Shown: positions 1-10,684, counted from the stretch's first letter. The stretch is 64,000 bases of DNA from Rickettsiales bacterium (GCA_037968615.1 JBBKVX010000018.1:8543-72542); one strand, 5' to 3'. Numbers and translations: made by a program. Notes: generated from the letters alone by a model not told the origin.

Positions 1-12
1 AGAAAGACCCTC

Positions 13-1686
13 ATGAAAATCCAGACAAAATTTATGGCTCTCGCCATAATAGGCGTTGCTATGACCATCGCGCAAGTAGGCGTCAGCTATTGGTCCGCAG
101 AAGAAACACGGAACCTGCTGCACAGCATCGAAGCCATCGATGATATCGACAAGCGTCAGACGCAAGTTGGGGCTCTGCATGATCAGATATATACGGAAGC
201 ACTTGGCGTGACCGCCTACGCACGCGCCGGCGATTGGGCCGGAGCAGACGCCATGGGCGAGGGCGCATCGAAGCATTTGGTCGAGTTGCGCAGCATGCTG
301 GAGGAGAACCGCAACGAAGCGCTGCCCGCCAGCCTATCCGCTGCCTACGCCAAGCTGGACACGCTGGCTGTTCGGTTCTCCACTGCGGTGAAGGCCGTGG
401 TGGATGCTCCGCGCGATAGCCTAACGGCTACAGGGCAGGTTTCTGCGCTCGAAAGCGCTCATGCAGCGTTCGATAAATCCGCCGGCTCCGTAACAGAGGC
501 AGTGGATGCTTGGAAGCATGAGCGCCGCAACGATGCGGAGAAATTCTCGAACTTCATCACGCAACTCACCATCATCATCGGTGCTTTGACGGTCCTGGCC
601 GTGATGCTGTTGCCGGTCGTGGCGACCCGCGCTATTTTCCGCCCTCAGCGTCGTATCATCGATGTAATGGACGTGATGGCCGGGGGCGATTACGACGTCG
701 AGATTCAAGGGACCCAGCGGCAGGACGAAATGGGCGAGATCGCCCGCGCGGTGCAGATCTTTAAAGAAAACGGCCAGCAGCGTGTGCTGCTGGAGCGGCA
801 GCAGGAACTGACCCGCGCCGCCGAAAAACTGGAAGACGAGAAACGCACTCGCCGCTCCAACGCGACGGACGCCTTCGCCAACCGCATGAAAAGCATCATC
901 GAGACCGTGGCGGCGGCCGCGACGGAAATGTACCGCACCTCGGAAGCCATGGGCTACAGCATTTCCAGCGCGTCGACGCGCGTGGGCAATGTGGCCAGCG
1001 CCTCCACCCAAACATCGATGAATGTGCAGAGCGTGGCGGCAGCAGCCGAGGAGCTTTCGGCCACCGTGCGCGAAATCGCCGAGCAGATCGCCCGCAGCAA
1101 CAGCACCGTGCGCGAAGCCGTCGGCGAAGTGGCGAAAGCCGATTCCACCGCCCTGTCGCTTGACGAAGCCACGAAAAAGATTGGCCAGATCGTCGATGTG
1201 ATCCAGACCATCGCCAGCCAGATCAACCTGCTGGCGCTGAACGCCACCATCGAGTCGGCGCGTGCCGGCGAGGCAGGCAAAGGATTTGCCGTGGTCGCGG
1301 GCGAAGTGAAAACGCTGGCCACCCAAACCAGCAAAGCCACCGACGAGATCGCCAGCAACATCGCCAGCATCCAGGAAGTGTCGAGCCAGGTGATCGAATC
1401 GCTGCACGCCATCAAGGGCGCCATTGCGCGCGTCGATGAAATCTCCTCGGCCATTTCGGCGGCCGTGGAGGAGCAGAACGCTACCACCAACGAGATCGCC
1501 AGCAATATGGGCACGGCCGCCAGCGGCACCGCCCAGATCAACGACGAGATCAATCAGGTGAGCGTGGCGACGGCGGAATCCAGCGATTCGGCCTCCCAAG
1601 TGCTTGACGCCGCCAAGATGCTGTCGCAGGAAGCCGAGAAGCTGAGCCGCGAAGTGCAGGAGTTCATGGCCGAGATGAACGCGTAA
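13..1686 (+). CDS. methyl-accepting chemotaxis protein (TM sensor, HAMP, MCP signalling domain)
   Basis: 557-aa ORF with two hydrophobic segments (near aa 8-25 and 185-205) and a HAMP-like linker. Carries the conserved MCP hairpin-tip motif [31 protein letters not shown]. Confidence 0.9.
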   Translation: MKIQTKFMALAIIGVAMTIAQVGVSYWSAEETRNLLHSIEAIDDIDKRQTQVGALHDQIYTEALGVTAYARAGDWAGADAMGEGASKHLVELRSMLEENRNEALPASLSAAYAKLDTLAVRFSTAVKAVVDAPRDSLTATGQVSALESAHAAFDKSAGSVTEAVDAWKHERRNDAEKFSNFITQLTIIIGALTVLAVMLLPVVATRAIFRPQRRIIDVMDVMAGGDYDVEIQGTQRQDEMGEIARAVQIFKENGQQRVLLERQQELTRAAEKLEDEKRTRRSNATDAFANRMKSIIETVAAAATEMYRTSEAMGYSISSASTRVGNVASASTQTSMNVQSVAAAAEELSATVREIAEQIARSNSTVREAVGEVAKADSTALSLDEATKKIGQIVDVIQTIASQINLLALNATIESARAGEAGKGFAVVAGEVKTLATQTSKATDEIASNIASIQEVSSQVIESLHAIKGAIARVDEISSAISAAVEEQNATTNEIASNMGTAASGTAQINDEINQVSVATAESSDSASQVLDAAKMLSQEAEKLSREVQEFMAEMNA

Positions 1687-1730
1687 ACAAACCTCTTGCG
1701 CATGAATGCAAAACCGCCAATGCTCTCGGC

Positions 1731-2831
1731 ATGAGCGAGTTCGGCTGCACGACGGAAAGTAAGAACAAACGCATCCTGCTGACAGGCGCGATGACGGTGG
1801 CGCATGCCAACGAAGCGCTCGTTGCCTTGCGTGAAGCGCGCGCGGAAAAAACCAAATGGAACGCCATCGACATCAGCGGGCTCGACGCGCTGGATACGGC
1901 GGGTGCGCTGCTGCTGTGCGACATCGGGCGCGACGTGCCCATCGCCGGAGCCAGCGACCAGCAACGCGCGTTGCTGGAATTGGTGAGCAGCCTTGAAGTG
2001 CGCATCGCGGAAACGCCCAAGCCGCTGCCGCCCTTGGAACGCAGCATTGTGGGTCTCGGGAAATACATGTCGGAACTGGCGGCGGAATCGCGCCGGGTCG
2101 TCACCTTCATGGGCAAATCGGCGGTGGCGTTAGCGCACACAGTGCGCCATCCGCGCCAACTGCGAGTGTCGAGCGTCAGCCATCACATCGAGGCCATCGG
2201 CATCGACGCGCTGCCCATCATCGGGCTCATCGCATTCCTCATCGCCATCGTGCTGGCCTATCAGGGCGTGGCGCAATTGCAGCCCTATGGCGGTGCGCCG
2301 TTCACGGTCGATCTGGTGGCCATTTCCATCCTGCGCGAAATGGGCGTGCTGCTCACCGCCATCATGGTGGCGGGCCGCAGCGGCTCGGCCTTTACCGCCG
2401 AAATCGGGGTGATGAAAGCCCGCGAGGAAGTGGACGCATTGGAGGTGATCGGCATCGACCCGTTCGAGATGCTGGTAGTGCCGCGCCTTGTCGCCATCAT
2501 CATCGCGTTGCCGCTACTCACCTTCTTCGCCAACATCATGGGGCTGGTGGGCGGCTTCTTCATCATCAACGCACTGATCGATATCAGCCTGCCGCATTAC
2601 ATGGAGCGCGTGCACATCGCCGCGCAACTGGCCGATCTCGGCGTGGGCATGATCAAAGCGCCGGTGTTCGCCTTTTTCATCGGCATCATCGGCTGCATGC
2701 ATGGTCTGCGCGTTACCGGCTCGGCCGAAAGCATCGGGCGTGAGACCACCACGGCGGTAGTCAAAGGCATCTTCCTCGTCCTGGTGTTGGATGCGTTCTT
2801 CTCCATCCTGTTCCAGCAGGTGGGGATATGA
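1731..2831 (+). CDS. mlaE: MlaE-family ABC permease with fused N-terminal STAS/MlaB-like domain
   Basis: 366-aa ORF. The C-terminal ~260 aa form a multi-TM MlaE-like core (GRSGSAFTAEIGVMKAREEVDALEVIGIDP). It is preceded by a ~100-aa soluble segment resembling STAS (RILLTGAMTV...IDISGLDALDTAGALLL). 4-nt overlap with the next gene. Confidence 0.85.
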   Translation: MSEFGCTTESKNKRILLTGAMTVAHANEALVALREARAEKTKWNAIDISGLDALDTAGALLLCDIGRDVPIAGASDQQRALLELVSSLEVRIAETPKPLPPLERSIVGLGKYMSELAAESRRVVTFMGKSAVALAHTVRHPRQLRVSSVSHHIEAIGIDALPIIGLIAFLIAIVLAYQGVAQLQPYGGAPFTVDLVAISILREMGVLLTAIMVAGRSGSAFTAEIGVMKAREEVDALEVIGIDPFEMLVVPRLVAIIIALPLLTFFANIMGLVGGFFIINALIDISLPHYMERVHIAAQLADLGVGMIKAPVFAFFIGIIGCMHGLRVTGSAESIGRETTTAVVKGIFLVLVLDAFFSILFQQVGI

Positions 2832-3607
2832 CGAAGAAAAAACAGGAACCCATCATCTCTATTCGCCATATCCAGAACTCGTTCGGCGAGCAGGTGGTGC
2901 ATGAGGATGTGAGCTTCGATGTGATGCCGGGCGAAATTGTCGGCATCGTCGGTGGCTCCGGCTCCGGTAAATCGGTGCTGCTGAAAACCATGGTGGGTTT
3001 GCGCGAACAGCAGGGCGGCGAAGTGTTGATTTGCGGGCGCGACATCCGCGAAGTGCCCGCCGCCGAGCGCGCTGCGTTGTTCGGCATGCTGTTCCAGCAG
3101 GGCGCATTGTTCTCGTCGCTCAGCGTGGCGGCGAACGTGATGCTGCCGATGAAGGAACATACGGATCTGGAACCAGAATTCATAGCGCGGCTGGCGCAAA
3201 TGAAACTGGCGTTGGCCGACCTGCCGCAGGAGGCCGGAACAAAAATGCCCGCCGAACTTTCGGGTGGCATGGTCAAGCGCGCAGGCCTTGCCCGCGCCCT
3301 CGCGCTCGACCCACCCATCCTGCTGCTCGATGAGCCCACGGCCGGGCTCGACCCGCTCACCGCCTCAGGGTTCGACGAACTCATCAAGAAACTGAACACC
3401 AGCCTCGGCCTGACCGTGGTAATGGTGACGCACGACCTCGACACGCTGTTCGCCCTGTGCCACCGTGTGGCGGTGCTGGTGGACAAGAAAGTCATCATTG
3501 ATACTTTGCCAAAACTGATGCAGCATCCCCACCCATGGATCAAAGAATATTTCCATGGTCCCCGGGCACGCGCCGCCGCGGTGGCCAAGGAAGGGAACGA
3601 CGCCTAA
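2828..3607 (+). CDS. mlaF: ABC transporter ATP-binding protein, MlaF-like
   Basis: Walker A GGSGSGKS, signature LSGGMVKRAGLARA, Walker B ILLLDEPTAGLD. Overlaps the permease stop. Confidence 0.9.
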   Translation: MTKKKQEPIISIRHIQNSFGEQVVHEDVSFDVMPGEIVGIVGGSGSGKSVLLKTMVGLREQQGGEVLICGRDIREVPAAERAALFGMLFQQGALFSSLSVAANVMLPMKEHTDLEPEFIARLAQMKLALADLPQEAGTKMPAELSGGMVKRAGLARALALDPPILLLDEPTAGLDPLTASGFDELIKKLNTSLGLTVVMVTHDLDTLFALCHRVAVLVDKKVIIDTLPKLMQHPHPWIKEYFHGPRARAAAVAKEGNDA

Positions 3608-4326
3608 TGGAAACGGATAAGCATTATTTCTCGGTCGGCCTCTACATCATCGGCATCACGCTGGTGGCGGCGGGCTTTGCCATTTGGCTGGCCGGCACCA
3701 GCCGCTCCGACGACGTGCTCTACCGCATCTATTTCTCCGAATCGGTCAGCGGCCTTATTAAAGGTGGTGCCGTGAAATTCCGCGGAGTGGATGTGGGCGC
3801 CGTCGACACCATCCAGATCGACACGAAAGACCCGAGCCAGATTCGGGTGGATGTGAAGCTGCAACGCAGCGCCCCGGTCACCACGCAAACCAAAGCCAGC
3901 CTGAAGCTGGCGGGCATTACCGGCGCGGTGTTCATCGAGCTGGCGGGCGGCACGCCCGACGCCAAATTGCTGCGCAAAGTAACGCCCGACGGCATGGTGC
4001 CCATCATTCCCTCCGAGGTGAGCGGCATCGCGGCGGTGGTGAACCAGCTTCCCGCCATCATGGATAAACTTTCGCGCTTCACCGACCAGATGAACAAGCT
4101 GGCCAGCGACGAGAACGTGGAAAGCCTGAACATGCTGCTCGGCAATACCACTGACATTTCCAGCGACGTGCGCGATATCGTGCGCAACTCGAAACAGGAC
4201 AGCAAAGAGATCACCGTGAACCTGCGCAAGGCTTCCCGCGACATCAATCAGGTCACCGAAACGGTGAAGGACAATCCATCGGCCTTGCTGTTCCCACCGG
4301 ATGAAAAAGGAATCCCTGCACCATGA
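3607..4326 (+). CDS. mlaD: MCE/MlaD-family substrate-binding protein
   Basis: The ORF-track start at 3535 lies inside mlaF. The ATG at 3607 overlaps the mlaF stop (TAATG). N-terminal TM helix (YFSVGLYIIGITLVAAGFAIWLA) followed by an MCE domain (GLIKGGAVKFRGVDVGAVDTIQID). Confidence 0.8.
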   Translation: METDKHYFSVGLYIIGITLVAAGFAIWLAGTSRSDDVLYRIYFSESVSGLIKGGAVKFRGVDVGAVDTIQIDTKDPSQIRVDVKLQRSAPVTTQTKASLKLAGITGAVFIELAGGTPDAKLLRKVTPDGMVPIIPSEVSGIAAVVNQLPAIMDKLSRFTDQMNKLASDENVESLNMLLGNTTDISSDVRDIVRNSKQDSKEITVNLRKASRDINQVTETVKDNPSALLFPPDEKGIPAP

Positions 4327-4940
4327 CCGTAAGCACCACCCCACGTATTTTCGTCTGTGCATTGCTCGCAGTAGCGCTCACCGCCTGCGGCCTCGGCGGC
4401 AACCGCAAAGCCCCCGAGCGTTACAGCCTTACCGCGCAGGCTGCTGAGGGCTCAAGCTGCCGCGCTGCCACCAGCATCAAGTTCCACACGCCCAACGCCG
4501 CGCCGGGTATCGATAGCTGGCACATCGTTGTGATGGACAGCCCCAACCACATCACCTTCTACCAAGGCGTGGCGTGGAGCGCGACGGCAGTGCGGCAGGT
4601 GCAGAATTTCCTCACCGACAGTTTCGAGCAATCCGGTATGTTCGCCACCGTCAGCACCGACCTCGATACCTTGCCCACCGATTACGAGGTGGAAACCGAG
4701 CTGCGCGAATTCCATGTCGACCTGACGGAAGCGGAACCCAGCGTGCGCATTCGCCTTACCGCCAACGTCACCCGCGCCGACGGCACGCGCATCCTGAAAA
4801 GTGTGACGCTGACCCGCGTGGCCCCGATCGGCGGTGCGAACATGCAGGGCATCGTGGCCATCTTTAACGAACAGATGCAGAGCATCGCCGCCGCCTTGCA
4901 AACCGAAATAGGCAATGCCATTCCGGGGTGCCGCCACTAA
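4323..4940 (+). CDS. ABC-transport auxiliary lipoprotein (PqiC/YmbA-like)
   Basis: 205-aa ORF overlapping the mlaD stop by 4 nt. Signal peptide with lipobox LTAC|G. Size and position match the lipoprotein partner of MCE systems. The family call comes from gene context plus weak sequence recollection. Confidence 0.6.
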   Translation: MTVSTTPRIFVCALLAVALTACGLGGNRKAPERYSLTAQAAEGSSCRAATSIKFHTPNAAPGIDSWHIVVMDSPNHITFYQGVAWSATAVRQVQNFLTDSFEQSGMFATVSTDLDTLPTDYEVETELREFHVDLTEAEPSVRIRLTANVTRADGTRILKSVTLTRVAPIGGANMQGIVAIFNEQMQSIAAALQTEIGNAIPGCRH

Positions 4941-4982
4941 TTCAAATGCATGTGCCGCGATCTCTTATTGCGGTCGTCCGCG

Positions 4983-6326
4983 CTAGGAAGCGCTTGGTTC
5001 GGAAACGAAGCGGTTGCGCAGCAGGTCCCAGCCGGTGAGGCGCGGGCTGACCGTGAGCAGGAATGCCGTGCCCGCGATGTAGCCCGCAATGGTGGCCATG
5101 GCCGCCCCCGCGATGCCGAACACCGGCACCAGCGACAGGCACAGCACGATATTGACCAGCGTGATGAGCGCCGATTGCGCGGTCTGGTAACCGGGATGCC
5201 CGCTGATCATCGGCACATTGTCGAACGGTGCGAAGCCGGAGATGAGCGTAAAACCACCCAGCAAAATGCACAGCGACAGCAGCCCATCCTCCAGACCTTT
5301 GCCGGGGATTACCATGTGCACTGCCACAAGGAAACCCGCCAGCATGCACAGAGACAAGACGGCGGTGCCCAACGCAACAAAGCGTTTGGAAAGCTGCAGC
5401 ATGCGCTGCGCAAGGCGGTGATCGGCGTCGCGCAAGGCCTTGACGAGGATGGGGTTGAAGTTCACGCGTATGATGGCGAGGATATGCTGGATGCCATCGA
5501 TCAGCATGGCGGCGAAACTGTAGATGCCCACGGCGTGCTCGTTCATCATCATGCCCAGCACCAGCACATCGAGCCGCGTGTTGAGGTCGAGAAAGATGCC
5601 CGCGAACACGGCCTTGCTGCCGAACACCAGATGTTTGCGAAGCCATGCCCGGCAGAGCCGCAGATGTTTCAGCAGCCCCGCGCTGGCGAGATAGCCGATG
5701 CAGCAGGCGCTGGTAAGCAGCTCGGCGGCGAGGAACGACAGGGTGGCGTGGTTGAAGCCCCAATCGGACACACAGACCAGAGTGACCACCACCACAACGG
5801 TGATGTAGCGAATGCTTTGCAGCACCGCGAACGCTTTCATCTGGCGCAGCGCGTTGGCGTAGCAAATGAGCACCTTGTTCAGCGGGAACAGGGCAACGCC
5901 CAGCGCGGCATACTGAAGCGACGCAGCCACATCGGCGCTGGCGAATAAGGCTTCGCTGAAGGGCGCGGCGTAGTAGAGGGTGACGCTCATCACGAACCCG
6001 AGCACGAGCGCCATCGTGATGGCGGTGCAGAGCATGCGGCCGTTTTCTTCGGGGTCTTCCTGATAGTACGTGGCGTGGCGAAGCACCGAATAATGAATGC
6101 CGAGCGAAGCAATTTGCGAGCCGATAAGATAGACGGCGTAGGCGATGTTGAACACACCGAGCGCCGCCGCATCGCGCGTGAAAGCGATGACGAGGTTGAT
6201 GAGCACACCGCTCACCGCCAAGGTGGCAAAGCTGCCGAACGTCCATACCAGATCGCTGCTTATTTTATGCGCGAAGGCGAGGCGGTAAAGATGGCGCAGC
6301 TTTTCCATATTACGCGACGCCACCAC
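4983..6326 (-). CDS. MOP-superfamily polysaccharide flippase (Wzx-like)
   Basis: 447-aa ORF, hydrophobic throughout (about 12-14 predicted TM segments), typical of the polysaccharide biosynthesis protein family. Divergent from the glycan operon. The start is ambiguous (GTG at 6326 or ATG at 6308). Confidence 0.7.
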   Translation of the reverse strand: MVASRNMEKLRHLYRLAFAHKISSDLVWTFGSFATLAVSGVLINLVIAFTRDAAALGVFNIAYAVYLIGSQIASLGIHYSVLRHATYYQEDPEENGRMLCTAITMALVLGFVMSVTLYYAAPFSEALFASADVAASLQYAALGVALFPLNKVLICYANALRQMKAFAVLQSIRYITVVVVVTLVCVSDWGFNHATLSFLAAELLTSACCIGYLASAGLLKHLRLCRAWLRKHLVFGSKAVFAGIFLDLNTRLDVLVLGMMMNEHAVGIYSFAAMLIDGIQHILAIIRVNFNPILVKALRDADHRLAQRMLQLSKRFVALGTAVLSLCMLAGFLVAVHMVIPGKGLEDGLLSLCILLGGFTLISGFAPFDNVPMISGHPGYQTAQSALITLVNIVLCLSLVPVFGIAGAAMATIAGYIAGTAFLLTVSPRLTGWDLLRNRFVSEPSAS

Positions 6327-6531
6327 TCAAATGCGTGAGCAGCACTTTCGTGTCATGGGCGGGTACGACGATGCGGTTTCTGAGCGGACGATGCATGTGG
6401 GACCATGGGCAAGTGAAGCAGCAGAGCTACCAGCTATGCGACGGCGAAACAATGGTTATGGCGAGAGAAGAATAGGGCTTGCCCGAGCATCCCTAAGGCC
6501 GTTAAGTAACGGTTCCCATAGGAGAAGTTGC

Positions 6532-8226
6532 ATGGAGAAGCCAGAACGATTTACCCCACGCCGCGCGGTGCTACTGCTGGCGATTGCGCTTGGCCTTGCA
6601 CTGCTGTTCCACCTGCTTGGCCTCATGCATTACGGCATCGACCTGACCGATGAGGGCTATTACCTGCAATGGATCGACCATCCGCGCGCTTATGCCGAGT
6701 CGGTCACGCTGTTCGGGTTCCTGTACCACCCGTTCTATCAATGGCTGAACGGCGATCTTGTGTTGCTGCGGCAAGGCAACCTGCTGCTCACACTGGGGCT
6801 CAGCATCTGGCTGGCCTATGGCATGCTGCTGCCGGAAACCTCGCGCCGCGAACGCATCGGCATCGCGTTCCTGCTCGGTCTCTCGGCGATGATGAGCTAT
6901 GCTCTCTGGCTGCCCACGCCGAATTACAACAGTCTGAACCTGCAAGCCCTGCTGCTGGCCGCCAACGGGCTGGTCATGGTGCAGCGGCGCCCGGAGTGGC
7001 TGTGGAGCTGGATACTGCTGGGCCTTAGTGGGGCGCTAACGTTCCTTGCCAAACCAACTTCGGCGCTGGCGCTGGCGGTGGTGGTGGTCGGGTACCTGCT
7101 TCTCCGGCGTTTGTGGAAATGGCGCGGCGTGGTCGCCACGGTCTGCTCCGGCCTGGGCGCATTGGTGCTGAGCGCATTGCTGATCGACGGTTCCATCACC
7201 CGTTTCATCGCGCGCTTGCACACGGGAGCTCTGGATGCGCTGCTGATGGATGAGAAGGCGAAACCGTTTATACGGTTCGATTCGCTTTCCATCGGTGTGC
7301 TGGAAGCGACGGGCATGATCGTTGGGCTGCTTCTGGTGTTCGGCACCGCGCGCCTGCCCGCGCGCTACGGATGCGCATTGATGTATGCCGCCTTGTTTTT
7401 TGGGTTCCTCGTGATCGCCGAAATGGTGCCGGAATTCAGTGCCTATCGCCGCATGTTCGGCCTGATATTCTGGGGGCCCGTGCTGGGCGCGGTGCTCTAT
7501 CGCCAATGGTTCCCCCAACCCAACCTCTGGCCGCGCGCGCTTGCCATCGTGTTCATGTTGTTGCCGCTGGTCTATTGCTTCGGCACCAACAACAACTACT
7601 GGGCGGCCAGTGCGCTGACGGCGGTGTTCTGGCTGCTGGCGGCGGTGGCATTGCTGCCACGCCATGCCTTCCCCATCGCGGTAGCTGGCCTGCTGGGCAC
7701 ACTCCTTGTGCTCAGCATGGCTATTAGCCACCCCTACCGGCAATCGCAGCCGCTAACCCTTCTGGATGCCCGGGTTACCCTGCCCGCCACCGGGACGGAA
7801 TTAACCGTGCATCCATCCAGCGCCCGCTATCTCACCGAGCTGTCGGCGGCGCTGCCCGTCGGCACGCCAGTCATCGACATGACCGGTGTTTCTCCCGGCG
7901 CGCTTTCTGCGGTCGGCGCCGTATCGAAGGCCGCGGCATGGATGATCGGTGGCTATTCCGGCAGTGCGAACCTGATGCATGCGCGCCTCACACGCCTGTC
8001 CTGCACCGAGATCGCCGAAAGCTGGATCCTTGCCGAACCGGGCAACCGTGGCCGTTTGCCGCTGGACGAACTGCCGCGCTACGGCATCGACCTCGCGCGC
8101 TATACGAAGTTCGGCCCGTTCGCAGTGCCGCTATTGACGGATGCGGAAACGCCGCGCATGCAGTTCCTGTATCAGCCCAAAGCAGTGAATGCCGGCGTGC
8201 GCGCATGCGAAAAAGTGCGTGGATGA
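6532..8226 (+). CDS. large polytopic membrane protein, possible GT-C-type glycosyltransferase (or polymerase/ligase-like)
   Basis: The ORF-track start at 6331 is replaced by the ATG at 6532, which is preceded by GGAGAAG. More than 10 hydrophobic helices, TDEGYY in the first extracytoplasmic loop, and a ~150-aa soluble C-terminal domain. The fold assignment is inference. Confidence 0.5.
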   Translation: MEKPERFTPRRAVLLLAIALGLALLFHLLGLMHYGIDLTDEGYYLQWIDHPRAYAESVTLFGFLYHPFYQWLNGDLVLLRQGNLLLTLGLSIWLAYGMLLPETSRRERIGIAFLLGLSAMMSYALWLPTPNYNSLNLQALLLAANGLVMVQRRPEWLWSWILLGLSGALTFLAKPTSALALAVVVVGYLLLRRLWKWRGVVATVCSGLGALVLSALLIDGSITRFIARLHTGALDALLMDEKAKPFIRFDSLSIGVLEATGMIVGLLLVFGTARLPARYGCALMYAALFFGFLVIAEMVPEFSAYRRMFGLIFWGPVLGAVLYRQWFPQPNLWPRALAIVFMLLPLVYCFGTNNNYWAASALTAVFWLLAAVALLPRHAFPIAVAGLLGTLLVLSMAISHPYRQSQPLTLLDARVTLPATGTELTVHPSSARYLTELSAALPVGTPVIDMTGVSPGALSAVGAVSKAAAWMIGGYSGSANLMHARLTRLSCTEIAESWILAEPGNRGRLPLDELPRYGIDLARYTKFGPFAVPLLTDAETPRMQFLYQPKAVNAGVRACEKVRG

Positions 8227-8915
8227 CAAAGACACTCGCCATCCTCCAATCCAATTACATTCCCTGGCGGGGGTATTTCGACATCATCGCTGCCGTGGAT
8301 GAATTCATCCTCTACGATGATGTGCAGTTCACGAAGAACGACTGGCGTAATCGCAATCAGATCCGCACGAAGCAGGGGCTGTCGTGGCTCAGCGTACCGG
8401 TTGGACAAGACATACGCCGTCGCATCCGTGATGTTGCTATCCCTAACCCTGAGTGGCAGGAGCAGCATTGGGCGCGGTTGGTGCAGAACTACCGACGAGC
8501 ACCGCATTTTAAAGAAGTGGCCGCATGGCTTGAACCGCTTTATCGGAATGCGGTGCACGCCAATCTGAGCGCCATGAACCGCCGGTTCTTAGAAGCCATT
8601 TTGTCCTATCTCGGTGTTCATACCACCCTTACCAATTCGTGGGATTACCGGCTCGATGAGGGGCAGACCGAGCGGCTCGTTTCGCTTTGCCAGCAGGCGG
8701 GTGCTACGGAATATATGTCTGGCCCCACCGCGCGCGATTATCTCGACGCGAAACAGTTCGAAGCCGCGGGCATAACGCTGCGCTGGTTCGATTATGCAGG
8801 CTACCCCCCTTATCCGCAACAGGGGGAGGGGTTCCTTGGCAACGTGACCATCCTTGATTTACTCTTCAATTGCGGCAAAGATGCGCCGAAATATATGCAT
8901 ATGAGGCTTTCGTGA
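8223..8915 (+). CDS. wbqC: WbqC-family protein (function unknown, glycan clusters)
   Basis: Start ATG overlaps the upstream stop (ATGA). The N-terminus MTKTLAILQSNYIPWRGYFDIIAAVDEFILYDDVQFTKNDWRNRN is characteristic of the WbqC-like family. Confidence 0.8.
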   Translation: MTKTLAILQSNYIPWRGYFDIIAAVDEFILYDDVQFTKNDWRNRNQIRTKQGLSWLSVPVGQDIRRRIRDVAIPNPEWQEQHWARLVQNYRRAPHFKEVAAWLEPLYRNAVHANLSAMNRRFLEAILSYLGVHTTLTNSWDYRLDEGQTERLVSLCQQAGATEYMSGPTARDYLDAKQFEAAGITLRWFDYAGYPPYPQQGEGFLGNVTILDLLFNCGKDAPKYMHMRLS

Positions 8916-9844
8916 AACTATCCATTGTCGCGTCGATGTACCGTTCCGTGCCCTATATTGCGGCCTTCCACGCACGCATCAGCGCCACAGCGCGTGCCTG
9001 CGTTGGCGAGGATTACGAGATCGTACTTATCAATGATGGCTCGCCCGATGAGAGCCTGCAGCATGCGCTGGTGCTGGCTTCCACCGACCCGCATCTCGTG
9101 GTCATTGAGCTGTCACGCAATTTTGGTCATCACCGCGCTATGATGACGGGGCTGGAAGAAAGCCGTGGCGCGCACGTATTCCTGACCGACATTGATTTGG
9201 AAGAGGCTCCTGAGAACTTGCAACTTTTTTGGGATTATGCTGTTGCGAATCCAGGCGTCGATGTTGTGATCGGCGAAACATCGTTGAAGCAGGGCAGTTA
9301 TCTGAAGCGTTGCCTGAGCGGAGCGTTCTATCTGTTGTTCAATTTCCTCTCGCCGATCCGTATTTCAAATCGTGAGATGGTGTCGCGCCTCATGAAGCGT
9401 GGTTACGTCGACGCACTTCTTAGCTACCGCGAACGTGAGCTTTTCTTTCCCGGCATTTGGGCGCATGCGGGCTTTACCCAACATTACGTTCCCGCTGAAA
9501 AAATATTCGATGGAAACTCCACCTACACGTTGCGCCGCCGTATTGCTATGGCCATTGAAGCCATCACTTCCTTTAGCTCACGGCCTTTGATGCTCATTTT
9601 CTATACGGGTTGCCTTTTCTCTGTTGGGTCGGCGCTTTTTATCCTTTATTTGGTCGCCAAGCATTTCCTGTATGGCGGCACCGTGGTGGGTTGGGCATCC
9701 TTGGTGGCGTTCCAGTTCTTCATTGGTGGCATCATTATCTTTTCGCTTGGTGTAGTGGGTATCTATGTTGCCAAAATTTACACCGAAGTGAAACAGCGCC
9801 CCACCTCCATCATCAAACAACGCTATAGGCATTCTCATGACTAG
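8912..9844 (+). CDS. family-2 glycosyltransferase with two C-terminal TM helices (ArnC/GtrB-like polyprenyl-phosphate glycosyltransferase architecture)
   Basis: GTG start overlaps the wbqC stop (GTGA). GT-A motifs LSIVASMYRS...LINDGSPDES and TDIDLEE. C-terminal hydrophobic pair (LMLIFYTGCLFSVGSALFILYLV and SLVAFQFFIGGIIIFSLGVVGIYV). Confidence 0.8.
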   Translation: MKLSIVASMYRSVPYIAAFHARISATARACVGEDYEIVLINDGSPDESLQHALVLASTDPHLVVIELSRNFGHHRAMMTGLEESRGAHVFLTDIDLEEAPENLQLFWDYAVANPGVDVVIGETSLKQGSYLKRCLSGAFYLLFNFLSPIRISNREMVSRLMKRGYVDALLSYRERELFFPGIWAHAGFTQHYVPAEKIFDGNSTYTLRRRIAMAIEAITSFSSRPLMLIFYTGCLFSVGSALFILYLVAKHFLYGGTVVGWASLVAFQFFIGGIIIFSLGVVGIYVAKIYTEVKQRPTSIIKQRYRHSHD

Positions 9845-10682
9845 CACTGCCCAAAAAGAAACACTCGAAGCCAACCAATACGTGCACGCGACGTTGGTGC
9901 AGAGCGGTGAATATGAGAAAAGCCCGCATTTCCGCCCCGAGAATAAACAAAAAGTGAGGGCACTTGTAGAAAAATTTGCGGAGCCTGTGCGTGCTGCGAG
10001 CGCAAAGGCCATCGATTTTGGCTGTGGCACCGGTTTTATGATCGCCCTAATGCACGATATGTTCAGCGAAGTGCACGGCGTCGACATCACCCGTGCAATG
10101 ATGGACCGTGTGGATCTTACGCCCGGTAATATCATCCTCCACGAGTCCATGGCCGAGAAGACGCAGTTTCCCGACCAGCAGTTTGATTTTGCTACCGCCT
10201 ATTCCTTCATGGACCATCTGTACGACGCTGAGGCATTCCTGCGCGAAGTGCATCGCGTGCTGCGCAGCGGCGGCGTATTCTATTCGGGCTTGAATCCCCA
10301 TCGCGCCTTCATACTTGCTATGGAAGCTGCGGCTTCTTTCGGCATCGATCACCCATCGGCTATCGTGGACCGCGAAATCAAGGGTGCGCTACACAACGGC
10401 GAATATTACGCCGAGAATTTCGGTCTCAATGGCGCCATGTTGGAGAAGGCCGAACCCATCAAATCCGACAAAAAAGGCTTCGATGCCGAAGAGATTCACG
10501 CACTCAGCCGCCGTATTGGTTTCACCGAGTGCCGTGTGGAGTACGAATGGTTCCTGGGTCAAGGCCATGTCATGCATACGCAATCCTTCGAGGCGGCGCA
10601 GATTGTCGACCAGCATCTACAGTCCATTCTTCCCGCTTCGGCATCGCTGTACAAGTACCTCACCATCGTACTGACGAAATAA
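9837..10682 (+). CDS. class I SAM-dependent methyltransferase
   Basis: 281-aa ORF overlapping the GT2 stop by 8 nt. SAM-binding motif I AIDFGCGTGFM. Confidence 0.8.
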   Translation: MTSTAQKETLEANQYVHATLVQSGEYEKSPHFRPENKQKVRALVEKFAEPVRAASAKAIDFGCGTGFMIALMHDMFSEVHGVDITRAMMDRVDLTPGNIILHESMAEKTQFPDQQFDFATAYSFMDHLYDAEAFLREVHRVLRSGGVFYSGLNPHRAFILAMEAAASFGIDHPSAIVDREIKGALHNGEYYAENFGLNGAMLEKAEPIKSDKKGFDAEEIHALSRRIGFTECRVEYEWFLGQGHVMHTQSFEAAQIVDQHLQSILPASASLYKYLTIVLTK

Positions 10683-10684
10683 TC

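Noticed and set aside
7938-8222. N-terminal extensions offered by the ORF track. Examples are wbqC from 7938, PhyH from 10529, mlaD from 3535, tolB to 28411, ctrA to 48991, fliI from 49471, yebC to 34276 and the membrane protein from 6331.
   Set aside because: The extensions overlap the preceding gene or read through intergenic repeats, and they lack homology. Internal starts coincide with the family N-termini and with ATGA, GTGA or TAATG coupling or SD-like sequences.
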